Shown: positions 1-8,952 of the stretch, one piece after another
How the letters are laid out: every line of letters starts with the position of its first letter
Position numbering within the stretch: position 1 is the first letter of the stretch
Source of the DNA: Candidatus Omnitrophota bacterium
GTDB lineage: Bacteria > Omnitrophota > Gorgyraeia > Gygaellales > JAQTUX01
Direction of reading: 5' to 3'
DNA length: 64,000 nucleotides
Assembly: GCA_028707125.1 (NCBI GenBank)
Contig: JAQTUX010000001.1
Coordinates: 77,639 to 141,638 of the forward strand
Notes under the pieces: model-generated
Databases searched by the model: none
What the model was told of the DNA's origin: nothing
What the model saw: only the letters and a program-made list of their open reading frames with translations
Made by a program: the position numbers and the translations under genes

Positions 1-228
1 GGTCCTGAATCCCGCTTCTTTAAGGATGTAGGCGAGAAAGGCGCAGGTCGACCCCTTGCCTTTTGAGCCGGCGATATGCGCGCATCGGAGTTTGTGCTGG
101 GGGCTGCCGAGTTCCTTGAGAAATCCGTCCGCCCTTCGCAGTTTTAATTCCAGTTCATAGTTGTAGGCGGAGAGTTGCTCAAGATCGGCGAAAGAATCCA
201 GATAATTCAGCGCTTCCCGATAAGTCAT
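1..228 (-). CDS. folC: Dihydrofolate synthase/folylpolyglutamate synthase, N-terminal part. Partial: the gene continues beyond the window start.
   Basis: The minus-strand translation from the ATG at 226-228 reads MTYREALNYLDSFADLEQL...AHIAGSKGKGSTCAF, which is the FolC/Mur-ligase N-terminus with its P-loop. A GGAGG Shine-Dalgarno lies upstream. It is absent from the ORF track because it runs off the window edge. Confidence 0.55.
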   Translation of the reverse strand, partial: MTYREALNYLDSFADLEQLSAYNYELELKLRRADGFLKELGSPQHKLRCAHIAGSKGKGSTCAFLAYILKEAGFRT

Positions 229-252
229 TTGACAAAGAGGAGGCGGATACTA

Positions 253-1806
253 TTAATGCCTGAAATGGCGCATACCTGTGAATACCATGGATATGCCTTT
301 TTTATCTACGGCCTTTATTACCTCTTCATCGGATATGGAGCCGCCCGGCTGGATGATCGCTTTTATTCCGGCCTTTGCCGCTGTCAGGACCGCGTCGGCC
401 TTGGGAAAGAAGGCATCGGAGGCAAGCATGGAGCCCTTAGCCAGTTTTCCCGCCTTTCTTACCGCGATAATCACGGAATCCACTCTGCTGGTCTGGCCGG
501 CGCCTATGCCTACGGTCTTTGTGCCGCTGGCCAGCACGATCGCGTTTGATTTTACGTGCTTAGCTACCTTCCAGCCGAATAAAAGCGAGGCGGTCTGCTG
601 CTTTGTGGGCTTCTTTTTAGAGATAGTTTTTAAGCCGGCTTCGTCTACCATGGCCAGATCTTTATCCTGGACCAATAGCCCGCCGTTTACCTTCTTAAGG
701 TCAAGCTCCTTCTCCAGGCCAAAATCGGCAAGCTCTATCAACCGCAGGTTTTTGCTTGAGGAAAATATCTGCCGGGAGGCGGCGCTGAAGGAAGGGGCAA
801 TTACGCATTCAAGGAAACCGCATTTCTTTATCGCCTTTGCCAGGCCTTCTTCAACCGGCCGGTTTATACCGATGATACCGCCAAAAGCCGAGAGCGGGTC
901 GCAGGCGTAGGCATCCTTGAACGCCTTGATTATATTATCCGCCTCAGCCACTCCGCAGGGATTATTGTGTTTTATCACTACCGCGGCCGGACGGGAAAAT
1001 TCGGAGGCGATCCTCACTGCGGCGTCAAGGTCCAAGATGTTATTAAAGGAAAGTTCCTTGCCCTGAAGCTGCTTAATATTGCCCAGGCCGTATGCCCTGG
1101 CAGCGTCGCGATAAAACGCCGCTTTCTGGTGCGGATTCTCGCCGTAACGCAGGTCCTGTACCTTTTTAAAGGCCGGCCGCAGTTCCTGCGCGAAGCCGGA
1201 ACCCTCTGCCTTTGAGCCGTATGTTGAGAGGTAGCTGAAGATCGCCGCGTCGTATTGCGAAGTCCTCTTGAATACATCCACGGCCAGCTCAAAACAGGTC
1301 TCCTCGCTTACAGCGCCGTTATTGCCCTTCATTTCAGCCAGCACCTCTTGATATCTGGCTGGATCGGATATGACGCAGACGCTCCTGTTGTTTTTTGCCG
1401 CGGAACGCAGCATGGAAGGCCCCCCGATATCAATATTCTCTATGGCCTCGCCCAATTCAACACCCTTCCTGCTCACGGTCTGCTCAAAGGGATAAAGATT
1501 CACCACGACCATATCAATAAGGCCTATATTGTGTTCCTTTAAGGTGGACATATGCTCCTGATTGCCGCGCAGCGCCAATAATCCCCCGTGTATCCTGGGA
1601 TGCAGGGTCTTTACCCGGCCGTCCAGCATCTCGGGAAATCCCGTATAATCGGACACATCCTTTACCTCGATCCCTTTTTCTCTAAGTAATTTCGCGGTGC
1701 CGCCGGTAGAAAGCATCTCTACGCCGGAACCCTCCAGCCCCCTGGCAAATTCCACAATGCCTGTCTTGTCTGATACGCTTATCAATGCCCGCCGTATTTT
1801 GACCAT
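253..1806 (-). CDS. purH: Bifunctional AICAR transformylase/IMP cyclohydrolase
   Basis: 517 aa. The MGS-like N-terminus (ALISVSDKTGIVEFA) and the AICARFT domain are recognisable along the full length. Confidence 0.9.
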   Translation of the reverse strand: MVKIRRALISVSDKTGIVEFARGLEGSGVEMLSTGGTAKLLREKGIEVKDVSDYTGFPEMLDGRVKTLHPRIHGGLLALRGNQEHMSTLKEHNIGLIDMVVVNLYPFEQTVSRKGVELGEAIENIDIGGPSMLRSAAKNNRSVCVISDPARYQEVLAEMKGNNGAVSEETCFELAVDVFKRTSQYDAAIFSYLSTYGSKAEGSGFAQELRPAFKKVQDLRYGENPHQKAAFYRDAARAYGLGNIKQLQGKELSFNNILDLDAAVRIASEFSRPAAVVIKHNNPCGVAEADNIIKAFKDAYACDPLSAFGGIIGINRPVEEGLAKAIKKCGFLECVIAPSFSAASRQIFSSSKNLRLIELADFGLEKELDLKKVNGGLLVQDKDLAMVDEAGLKTISKKKPTKQQTASLLFGWKVAKHVKSNAIVLASGTKTVGIGAGQTSRVDSVIIAVRKAGKLAKGSMLASDAFFPKADAVLTAAKAGIKAIIQPGGSISDEEVIKAVDKKGISMVFTGMRHFRH

Positions 1807-1825
1807 TTACGCGACTCCTTCCTTT

Positions 1826-2524
1826 TTATTTATTGAATCTGAATGTTATCCAATCCCCGTCCTGCACTATGTAATCCTTCTGCTCAAGGCGCACTTGAGA
1901 ACGCACCGCGTTAAACGAACCGGCGGCGATAATGTCCGACGTAGGAACGACTTCGGCGCGGATAAACCCTTTCTGGATATCGCTGTGTATCTCCCCTGCC
2001 GCCTCTTTAGCGTTAGTGCCCTGCCTTATCAGCCAGCCGCGGCAGTCCTTATCTCCCGCGGTAAAAAACTGGGCGAACCCCGCCTTTATCAACAGATCCT
2101 GCAGCAACCTGTTCTTATCCGCCAATGCCTCCTGCGCCGCCAGATATACGCTCCTTAAACAAAAAAGCGGATATGTTTGCAGCGCCTTCTTTTCCTCCCC
2201 GCTCAACATCTCCGGAGTTACCAGCTCTTCCTTCTCTAAAGTCCCTTTAACCTTCAAGAGCACTGCCTTCTCTGCTTCGTCTTCGGACCGCTCAAGGCGC
2301 TTATCTATAAAATCTATGTCCGAAATAATAACCTGCAGTTTGTCCTCCGGTCTTGCCACGACCGCGTCGGCCTCGGATAACCGCTCTTCGGCGATGACCT
2401 CTATTTCCGGGTATGTCTTCTTGGCCGCCTTAAAAATATCTTTGAGTTTGTCCAGCCGCGGGTCTTTGACGGCTAATTTGCCTTTAGGAAATTCCTGTTC
2501 CAGATTAAGAGCGACTATTTTCAT
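1826..2524 (-). CDS. YchF-like protein lacking the GTPase P-loop. It keeps the helical insert and the C-terminal TGS domain.
   Basis: 232 aa. Residues ~50-232 align with the YchF helical insert and TGS domain (KRLERSEDEAEK...FFTAGDKDCRGWLIRQGTNAKEAAGEIHSDIQKGFIRAEV...DYIVQDGDWITFRFN). The N-terminus MKIVALNLEQEF replaces the G1 motif GxxxxGKS. No upstream room exists because the EF-G-like gene abuts it. Confidence 0.55.
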   Translation of the reverse strand: MKIVALNLEQEFPKGKLAVKDPRLDKLKDIFKAAKKTYPEIEVIAEERLSEADAVVARPEDKLQVIISDIDFIDKRLERSEDEAEKAVLLKVKGTLEKEELVTPEMLSGEEKKALQTYPLFCLRSVYLAAQEALADKNRLLQDLLIKAGFAQFFTAGDKDCRGWLIRQGTNAKEAAGEIHSDIQKGFIRAEVVPTSDIIAAGSFNAVRSQVRLEQKDYIVQDGDWITFRFNK

Positions 2525-4479
2525 CCTTCAACACCTGCCTTTTGATGCGCCTGTGATTGCGCGATGACCGTAGAGACATGCTTATGCGGGACCTGTTCGT
2601 AATGCGAAAAATTCATTGTGTAATAACCTCTACCCCCGGTCATTGAACGCAGGTCGTTTGCGTATTTGAACATCTCTGCAAGGGGCACCTGCGCCTTCAA
2701 GGCGTTGTTTTTGCCCTTTATCTCCATACCCATGACCCGGCCGCGCCTGGAATTGACATCGCCTGAGATCTGGCCCATATATTCCTCCGGGATCACGACC
2801 TCCACGTCCATTATGGGCTCAAGCAGCGCCGGCGCCGCCTCCTGCACCGCCTTTCTTATGGCCATTGAACCGGCGATCTGAAACGCCATATCCGACGAAT
2901 CGACTTCGTGATAGGAGCCGTCACAAAGCACGACCTGCACATCCACCACCGGATATCCGGCGACAATGCCCTCCTGCATCGCGTTCCTTACGCCCTTTTC
3001 TACCGACGGCACGTAGTTCCTCGGTATTGCCCCGCCCACAATCCTGTTCACGAACTCAAAGTCCTTGCCCCTCTCAAGCGGCCTGATCTCGATCCAGACA
3101 TCTCCGTACTGGCCCCTGCCTCCCGACTGTTTCTTGTATTTGCCCTGCATCTTGACTGCCTTGGTGATGGTCTCCTTGTAAGGGACCTGGGGCGTTCCCA
3201 GGGTGACCTCGACATTGAACCTTTTTTTCAGCCTGCCCATAAGCACGTCCAGATGCAGATCGCCTAAGCCCGAAACGATCTCCTCCCTGGTCTGGTTATC
3301 GCGGGAGACCTTGAATGTCTGATCCTCTATCATAAGTTTCGCGAGCGCGGGTGAGATCTTCTCTTCGTCCTGCCTGGTCTTAGGCCTGACAGAAGCGGAG
3401 ATCAGCGGCTCGGGGAAAACGATCGGTTCAAATACCAGCGGCCTGTCCTGAGAACTTATGGAATCGTTGGTAAAGGTATCCTTGAGCTTGGCGATCGCCA
3501 CTATGTCGCCGCATCCCGCCTCGCTGATGCCGCGCTGTTCCTTGCCCTGCAATATGTATATGGGGCCTATGCGCTCCTGCGTCTTCTTGGTGGAGTTATA
3601 GAATGATGTATTCGGCAGGAGTTTGCCGGAAAATATCCTGATCACTGTAAGCTGGCCCACATAGGGGTCGGAGATGCTTTTAAAAACAAAACCGGAAAGC
3701 GGGGAGCCATCGCTGAAGGTTATCTCCGTCTTTTTATCCGGCTCCTTGGGACAGGCGGCAAACACGGCCGTCCGCTCCGACGGATTCGGCAGATAGTGGA
3801 TAATGGCGGCGGCAAGTTCGCTTACGCCCTGATTGTTCAATGCCGAGCCGGAGAGTATGGGAAATATCTCCCCTTTATCAACCGCCTCATGCAGCGCTGT
3901 CTTGATCTCATCCTCGCTTAAAACCGCGCCCTCAAGGTACCTCTCCAATAATTGATCGTCCGTCTCAGCGACCGCTTCTATAAGGGCGGCATCGCTGAAT
4001 GAGCCGACCACAACCGCTTTTTTAGAAAGCCCGCTTCTTATTTCCTCGATCACCTTATCGACGTTCACGCCTTCCCTGTCTGTCTTGTTTATGAAAATAA
4101 GGCGGGGCATCTTGATCTCTTCCAGGTCCTGCCATACGCGCTCTGTGCCGGCCGCTATGCCGTCGGTAGCGTCTATTACCACTACCGCCGAGTCAACCGC
4201 CCTTATGCCGGCCAGGACCTCGGCGTAAAAATCCAGGTAGCCGGGAGCGTCTATTATCTGTATGCGGGCCGCCTCCGATTCACAATAAAGCATGCTCGCG
4301 TTTATGGAGATCTTACGCTCGGCCTCGTCCGCGCTGTAATCGCTTACGGTGTTGCCTTCCATAACCGAACCCCGGCGCGTGAGCGCCTTGCAGTTAAACA
4401 GCATCGCCTCCGCCAAAGATGTCTTTCCCGAATGAGCATGGCCTAGAAGTATAACACTCCTTTTCTTATTCACGTCCAT
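2521..4479 (-). CDS. Elongation factor G family GTPase, a divergent EF-G paralog
   Basis: 652 aa. G1 reads GHAHSGKTS, G3 reads DAPG and G4 reads NKTD. EF-G domains II-V are recognisable (…GDLHLDVLMGRL…, …VLLEPIMDVEV…). The G motifs are non-canonical. Confidence 0.8.
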   Translation of the reverse strand: MDVNKKRSVILLGHAHSGKTSLAEAMLFNCKALTRRGSVMEGNTVSDYSADEAERKISINASMLYCESEAARIQIIDAPGYLDFYAEVLAGIRAVDSAVVVIDATDGIAAGTERVWQDLEEIKMPRLIFINKTDREGVNVDKVIEEIRSGLSKKAVVVGSFSDAALIEAVAETDDQLLERYLEGAVLSEDEIKTALHEAVDKGEIFPILSGSALNNQGVSELAAAIIHYLPNPSERTAVFAACPKEPDKKTEITFSDGSPLSGFVFKSISDPYVGQLTVIRIFSGKLLPNTSFYNSTKKTQERIGPIYILQGKEQRGISEAGCGDIVAIAKLKDTFTNDSISSQDRPLVFEPIVFPEPLISASVRPKTRQDEEKISPALAKLMIEDQTFKVSRDNQTREEIVSGLGDLHLDVLMGRLKKRFNVEVTLGTPQVPYKETITKAVKMQGKYKKQSGGRGQYGDVWIEIRPLERGKDFEFVNRIVGGAIPRNYVPSVEKGVRNAMQEGIVAGYPVVDVQVVLCDGSYHEVDSSDMAFQIAGSMAIRKAVQEAAPALLEPIMDVEVVIPEEYMGQISGDVNSRRGRVMGMEIKGKNNALKAQVPLAEMFKYANDLRSMTGGRGYYTMNFSHYEQVPHKHVSTVIAQSQAHQKAGVEG

Positions 4480-4633
4480 CTTGTCCTCCGGAATTAGAAA
4501 TTCGTGTCAGCATCATGCCAACGGCTTAAGGTTTATGGGCTGGATATCAATACGAACGGCAGGACTTTATTATATGGGAAAAATGAAGCAGCGTCAAGGT
4601 GAGAAAACAATATTTTGGCGGGGAGAAAACCCC

Positions 4634-5848
4634 TTATTCCAGATAGGTATAGATCTTTCCCTTGTAATTCCTCAGGACGTATTTGCCCTTTGCCTGGGAA
4701 AGGATATAATACGGGCCGACGGGGATCTTGCCTCCTCCGCCTGGAGCGTCTATCACATATGTGGGCACGGCATAACCCGAAGTATAGCCCCTCAGTTTCT
4801 CAATGATGTTGATGCCGGCGGCAACGGGCGTGCGAAAATGCTCTGTGCCGCGCACGGGGTCGCACTGATAGATGTAATAAGGCCTGACCCTCATCTCAAG
4901 AAGCATATGCATAAGTTTTTTCATGATATAAGGCCTGTCATTGATGCCTTTAAGCAGCACGGTCTGGCTGCCCATTGGAAATCCGGCATCAGCCAGCATA
5001 TCACAGGCATTCCTGGTGCGCCTCGTGATCTCTTTAGGATGGTTAAAATGTATGCTTATCCAGAGCGGGGAATATTGCTTAAGCCGGCTGACAAGCGACT
5101 CTGTAATGCGCTGGGGCAGCGTAACAGGCACGCGCGTGCCTATCCTTACGAACTCCACGTGAGAAATCTCGCGCACGCGCTTTACTATGCCTTCTATCTG
5201 GTCGTCCTCCAGCATAAACGGATCGCCCCCTGAAATAAGCACATCCCGCACCTTTTTATTGGATCTTATGTATTCGATCGCCTTGTCAAATTTGTGCTCG
5301 GCATCTATCTCTTTTTCATCTCCCACGAGCCTGCGCCTCGTGCAATGGCGGCAGTAAGTGGCGCAGCGCTCCGTCGCCAGAAGCAGGACCCTGTCAGGAT
5401 ACCTGTGCACAAGCCCGGGAGCGGGAGAGTCCCTGTCTTCCGCGCAGGGATCAAGCATCTCATGCGGGCTGACCGTAAATTCATGCGAGGTAGGGACCGC
5501 CTGCCTCCTTATGGGGCAGTTGGGGTCGTAAGGGTCTATGAGCGTCGCCCAATACGGCGTAATGGCAACGGAAAGCCGGCCTGAGGATTTTTTGATCCCC
5601 TTCTCCTCCTCAGGAGAGAGATCGATTATCTGCGAAAGCTGTTCTTTTGTATGGATCCGGTTTTTTACCTGCCAATGCCAATCCTCCCAATCAAGAGGGT
5701 TTGCCTCCCTGAACAGAGGCATCTGATGATAGTCGATAGGGAACCGTTTGATCCTGGGGGCGCCGGACTGTTGCTGCGTTTCAGCCCGTTCAGCTACCTG
5801 CTGCTGGCTCAAAGAGAGCCTCCTTTCCCATACCGCTGGAGGGCGCAA
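4634..5848 (-). CDS. kamA: Lysine 2,3-aminomutase family radical SAM enzyme
   Basis: 404 aa. It carries the CATYCRHC (CxxxCxxC) motif, and LSVAITPYWATLIDPYDPNCPIRRQAVP matches the KamA N-terminal region. The start is uncertain: an alternative Met 43 codons in (near 5722) would remove the 40-nt overlap with the upstream gene. Confidence 0.8.
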   Translation of the reverse strand: MRPPAVWERRLSLSQQQVAERAETQQQSGAPRIKRFPIDYHQMPLFREANPLDWEDWHWQVKNRIHTKEQLSQIIDLSPEEEKGIKKSSGRLSVAITPYWATLIDPYDPNCPIRRQAVPTSHEFTVSPHEMLDPCAEDRDSPAPGLVHRYPDRVLLLATERCATYCRHCTRRRLVGDEKEIDAEHKFDKAIEYIRSNKKVRDVLISGGDPFMLEDDQIEGIVKRVREISHVEFVRIGTRVPVTLPQRITESLVSRLKQYSPLWISIHFNHPKEITRRTRNACDMLADAGFPMGSQTVLLKGINDRPYIMKKLMHMLLEMRVRPYYIYQCDPVRGTEHFRTPVAAGINIIEKLRGYTSGYAVPTYVIDAPGGGGKIPVGPYYILSQAKGKYVLRNYKGKIYTYLE

Positions 5849-6816
5849 TCAACAACCTTGCCTATCATAGCATCGTAGGTAATTCCCAGATGTTTGGCGA
5901 TAACCATAAAGACATCATCAACGGACAAAGAAGGCAGAGGGTTTATCTCAAGGACGTAGGGATTGCCGTCTTCATCCGTACGGAAATCAATCCTGCCGAA
6001 ATCGCGGCATTCAACCGCCCTGTAAGCCTTTAAGGCGTAATCCCGCATTTTATCTATCAATTTCTGAGGTATCCGCGGCGGGCATACATATCCCAGCCTG
6101 TTGGAATGTATCCTGGCGAAGGTGTAAAATTGGTCCCCGAGGTCCAGCTTGCCGTCTATCTTTACCTGCACCGGCGGGAAAACCTCGGGGTCTTCGTTGC
6201 CGATGATCGCTACGGTAAATTCCTTTCCGGATATGAACTCTTCCACCAGCGCCGGTTGTTTATATGTCTTGACCACGAAATCCACCCGCTTCCTTAAGCT
6301 TTCTTCATCGTCAACTTTGGCATCTTTGCTTATGCCCTTTGAAGAGCCCTCGAAACGCGGCTTCACGATCATGGGAAACCGCAGGTGGTCCATATTCATT
6401 TCTTCCAAACTCTTTGCCTCAAAAAATTTAGGCGTGGGTATTTTTTCATACAGCAGCATTTTCTTTGTGGCGATCTTGTCAAGCGTCAGCCCCAGGGTAA
6501 ACCCGTCGGAACCAACAAACGGCACATCCATCATTTCAAGCAGCACCGGCACCTGCGATTCCCTGTTCCTGCTTATGGCCCTGCCTTCGCAGATGTTAAA
6601 TACGATGTCAACGCCGAGATCGCCCCGCATTTCAAGCAGCCGTTCCGCGTTGCCGATCTTCTTAACGGTATGGCCGTTTTTCTCCAGCGCTGCCGCTACC
6701 GATCCTATCACGGGCCTGGAGTCCAGCTCCGCGTAGAGATCCGACGGTTCTCCCTCTTTCAGCTTATAATCCTCTTTTAAATCGTATGTAAATCCTATGA
6801 TCATAGAAAAAAGCAC
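5809..6816 (-). CDS. D-alanine--D-alanine ligase-like ATP-grasp enzyme
   Basis: 335 aa. It has a Ddl-like N-domain and ATP-grasp C-domain (…FPMIVKPRFEGSSKGISK…EEFISGKEFTVAII…RIDFRTDEDGNPYVLEINPLPSLS). The ORF-track start at 6816 is a GTG. An in-frame ATG at 6802-6804 (MIIGFTYDL) is the more likely start. Confidence 0.7.
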   Translation of the reverse strand: MLFSMIIGFTYDLKEDYKLKEGEPSDLYAELDSRPVIGSVAAALEKNGHTVKKIGNAERLLEMRGDLGVDIVFNICEGRAISRNRESQVPVLLEMMDVPFVGSDGFTLGLTLDKIATKKMLLYEKIPTPKFFEAKSLEEMNMDHLRFPMIVKPRFEGSSKGISKDAKVDDEESLRKRVDFVVKTYKQPALVEEFISGKEFTVAIIGNEDPEVFPPVQVKIDGKLDLGDQFYTFARIHSNRLGYVCPPRIPQKLIDKMRDYALKAYRAVECRDFGRIDFRTDEDGNPYVLEINPLPSLSVDDVFMVIAKHLGITYDAMIGKVVDCALQRYGKGGSL

Positions 6817-6837
6817 CTTTCCTTTCAGGTCAGGTGC
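6805..6837 (-). terminator. Intrinsic-terminator-like hairpin plus U6 immediately 5' of the ATP-grasp ATG. It is either the terminator of the upstream HAD/PAC2 operon or an attenuator.
   Basis: The minus strand reads GCACCU-(13 nt loop)-AGGUGC followed by UUUUUU, then CU and the ATG. This was read directly from the sequence. Confidence 0.4.
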
Positions 6838-6954
6838 CCTTATCGGTTTCTATCTTTCAATTTTCTTATTTTCTCCTCGGAGACGGCATTCTTAAAAAAC
6901 CAACTGTTTGATAATAACTCTATAGTTATTTTTTATCACACGCTATTATGTATG

Positions 6955-7569
6955 TCAAGAATTTTCTAAGATTTTGTTCAATTTTTCCTCCAACGCGCGC
7001 GCGCCTTCGAAACGGATACAATCAATACCCATTTTTCCCGCCTCCGCGATCAGGTCCGGCCTGTCGTCGGTATATATCACTTCTTCCGGGCCGGCATTGC
7101 TCAGGCGCAGGGCCGTATCATAGATCTCGGGCTTGGGCTTTCTTGCCCCGACCTCATAAGAAAGCACGATCCTGTCGAACACGCCGAATATATCAAATTG
7201 TTTCTTTAAAAATTCAAAATGCAGGATATTTATATTGGATATCAGCAGGATGAAAAGGTCTTTCTTCAATAATTTGGCGAGAGAATGGACCTTGAGGTTG
7301 TCGGGAGTCAAAAAAAATATATCATTCCAGATCGAGTTAAACTGCTCTATCCCTAAATTCAATTTAAGGCGCGGGCGGATCGCGTTGAAGAAGTCCCGCG
7401 GCGAAACCCTGCCCTCTTCAAATTTCTCGGTATATTCGGAATCAAAAAATACATCAAATATCTCTTTTTTGTCCAGGGGCGAAAACCGGGCGATCTTGTC
7501 CACGGCCCTCCAATGGTCAAAGTCAAGCCACACGTTGCCGAAGTCAAAGAATACCGCCTTGTATTTCAT
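6955..7569 (-). CDS. HAD-superfamily hydrolase
   Basis: 204 aa. Motif I is present (VFFDFGNV, DxG), and the central lysine and the C-terminal DD motif (TDDRPD) are present. Confidence 0.7.
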   Translation of the reverse strand: MKYKAVFFDFGNVWLDFDHWRAVDKIARFSPLDKKEIFDVFFDSEYTEKFEEGRVSPRDFFNAIRPRLKLNLGIEQFNSIWNDIFFLTPDNLKVHSLAKLLKKDLFILLISNINILHFEFLKKQFDIFGVFDRIVLSYEVGARKPKPEIYDTALRLSNAGPEEVIYTDDRPDLIAEAGKMGIDCIRFEGARALEEKLNKILENS

Positions 7570-7574
7570 CCGGG

Positions 7575-8603
7575 TTAATTATCCTTCTTTCCGCTGCCTT
7601 TAAACAGGTCCAGGAACCTGTCTTCATAATCCTTGTAAACGCTCCACTTATCCAGTTCTTTTTTAAGCTCGCCCGCCTTTGTGATATCGGATTTTACCAT
7701 CTCAAACAGCTTCTCGATCCTGGCGTTTATGGAAGACGGCAGCCGCGAATGCTGGCTAAGCAGTTTCTTGATCTTTTCTATTTCCTCTTCCCCTATCGGC
7801 TCCTGGCCTTCGTGCTCGCCCCTGACGTAATCTATCAGCTTATTGATCTCCGCCTCTACGAATTCCGCCTGTTCTTTTAATTCGGACAGATCCAGGTTGA
7901 CACCGGCCAGCACGCTGAAAACCTTCAGCACAGCCAGCGCCGCCTTGGGGTTTTCTATATGCACCGTGAAAATGGGTATCTCCCCCAGCAGGCATATGCC
8001 TTTCAATCCTCTTTTCTTTGCCATAGCGACAAATATGCCGTTCATCCCGCTGATCTCTCCCCGTTCCATGATCGTAATGCCCGCGCCTTTCAGTTTATTT
8101 ATATCGTCCGTATGCGTGCAGGAGGCAAAGACCTCCGGGGCCTTTATATGGTCTATGGGCTTGGGCAAAGAAGCAAAGCCATAGATCTTCTTCACTTTAA
8201 AATCGGCGGCTACGTCCAGTATCGCCCTGGCGTAGCTTTCCGCCCTGGAAAGATCCGGCTGCGCGTTACTGAAGAAAAAGATCAGGTCGTTATTATTGTC
8301 TTTGTCTTTCCAGAAAAAGAATTTGCTCACCGGCAGGTCCGCGATCCTTATAACCCCCTTATCCACGATCGCTGAGCCCCTGTAAAAAAACGGCCTGGGG
8401 TCGATCTCGGCAAGCTCCTCCGCCTTGAGCTTATCTATTAAATAAGTAACGGCCTTAAAAGCTACCTCCCCCATGCCGGGCCAGCCCACGATCAAGGAAG
8501 GATTGTTAAGTTTCGGCCTTTTAAATATCTTGATGTTCCTTTCCATTCTTTTCCTCCGATGGATTTTCTGCGAGTTTTTCCCGAATGTCGTCGGGTATGG
8601 CAA
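7575..8603 (-). CDS. PAC2-family protein (COG1938, proteasome-assembly-chaperone-like) with a C-terminal coiled-coil
   Basis: 342 aa. The N-terminal motif LIVGWPGMGEVA is typical of the PAC2 family. The C-terminal ~110 aa are charged and helical. The real start is probably at MERNIKIF (~8549), since the track start overlaps the upstream thioesterase gene. Confidence 0.55.
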   Translation of the reverse strand: MPYPTTFGKNSQKIHRRKRMERNIKIFKRPKLNNPSLIVGWPGMGEVAFKAVTYLIDKLKAEELAEIDPRPFFYRGSAIVDKGVIRIADLPVSKFFFWKDKDNNNDLIFFFSNAQPDLSRAESYARAILDVAADFKVKKIYGFASLPKPIDHIKAPEVFASCTHTDDINKLKGAGITIMERGEISGMNGIFVAMAKKRGLKGICLLGEIPIFTVHIENPKAALAVLKVFSVLAGVNLDLSELKEQAEFVEAEINKLIDYVRGEHEGQEPIGEEEIEKIKKLLSQHSRLPSSINARIEKLFEMVKSDITKAGELKKELDKWSVYKDYEDRFLDLFKGSGKKDN

Positions 8604-8940
8604 CCGGGCGGAAGCCGGCGTTAACGCAAACCATTACCACCTCCGCCTCGCACACTACACAATCGCCCTTGAGGACCGTTTGACTGAAAATAATAGAAGA
8701 TACCTTGATCTTAGCGGCTTCGCTCTTTACCGCCAACACATCTCCGTACCTGGCGGGCGTCCTGTACTTTATGTTGACGGACGCGATGACAAAAAAGAAC
8801 CCCCTGTTAACGCAGTCGGCTACCAGGACCCCTCTTTTTTCTAAATATTCCGTCCTTCCTCTCTCCAGGAACCTGAGGTAGTTAGCGTAATAAACTACCC
8901 CTCCGGCGTCCGTGTCTTCGTAATAAACTCTTACCTGCAT
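8521..8940 (-). CDS. Acyl-CoA thioesterase of the 4HBT/YbgC family
   Basis: 139 aa. The N-terminus VYYEDTDAGGVVYYANYLRFLERGRTEYL is the hot-dog-fold YbgC signature. Confidence 0.75.
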   Translation of the reverse strand: MQVRVYYEDTDAGGVVYYANYLRFLERGRTEYLEKRGVLVADCVNRGFFFVIASVNIKYRTPARYGDVLAVKSEAAKIKVSSIIFSQTVLKGDCVVCEAEVVMVCVNAGFRPVAIPDDIREKLAENPSEEKNGKEHQDI

Positions 8941-8952
8941 AATAATATGGGG

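Noticed and set aside
175-910. Plus-strand ORFs 175-549 and 278-910
   Set aside because: They are antisense to purH and folC, with low-complexity Ser/Ala-rich translations. They are spurious.
2865-3267. Plus-strand ORFs inside the EF-G-like gene
   Set aside because: They are antisense Pro/Arg-rich frames inside a conserved GTPase gene.
4481-5233. 250-aa plus-strand ORF, together with nested 4615-4806 and 4941-5162
   Set aside because: They are entirely antisense to the well-supported kamA radical-SAM gene. They have no recognisable domains and an Arg/Gly-rich composition typical of GC-rich antisense frames.
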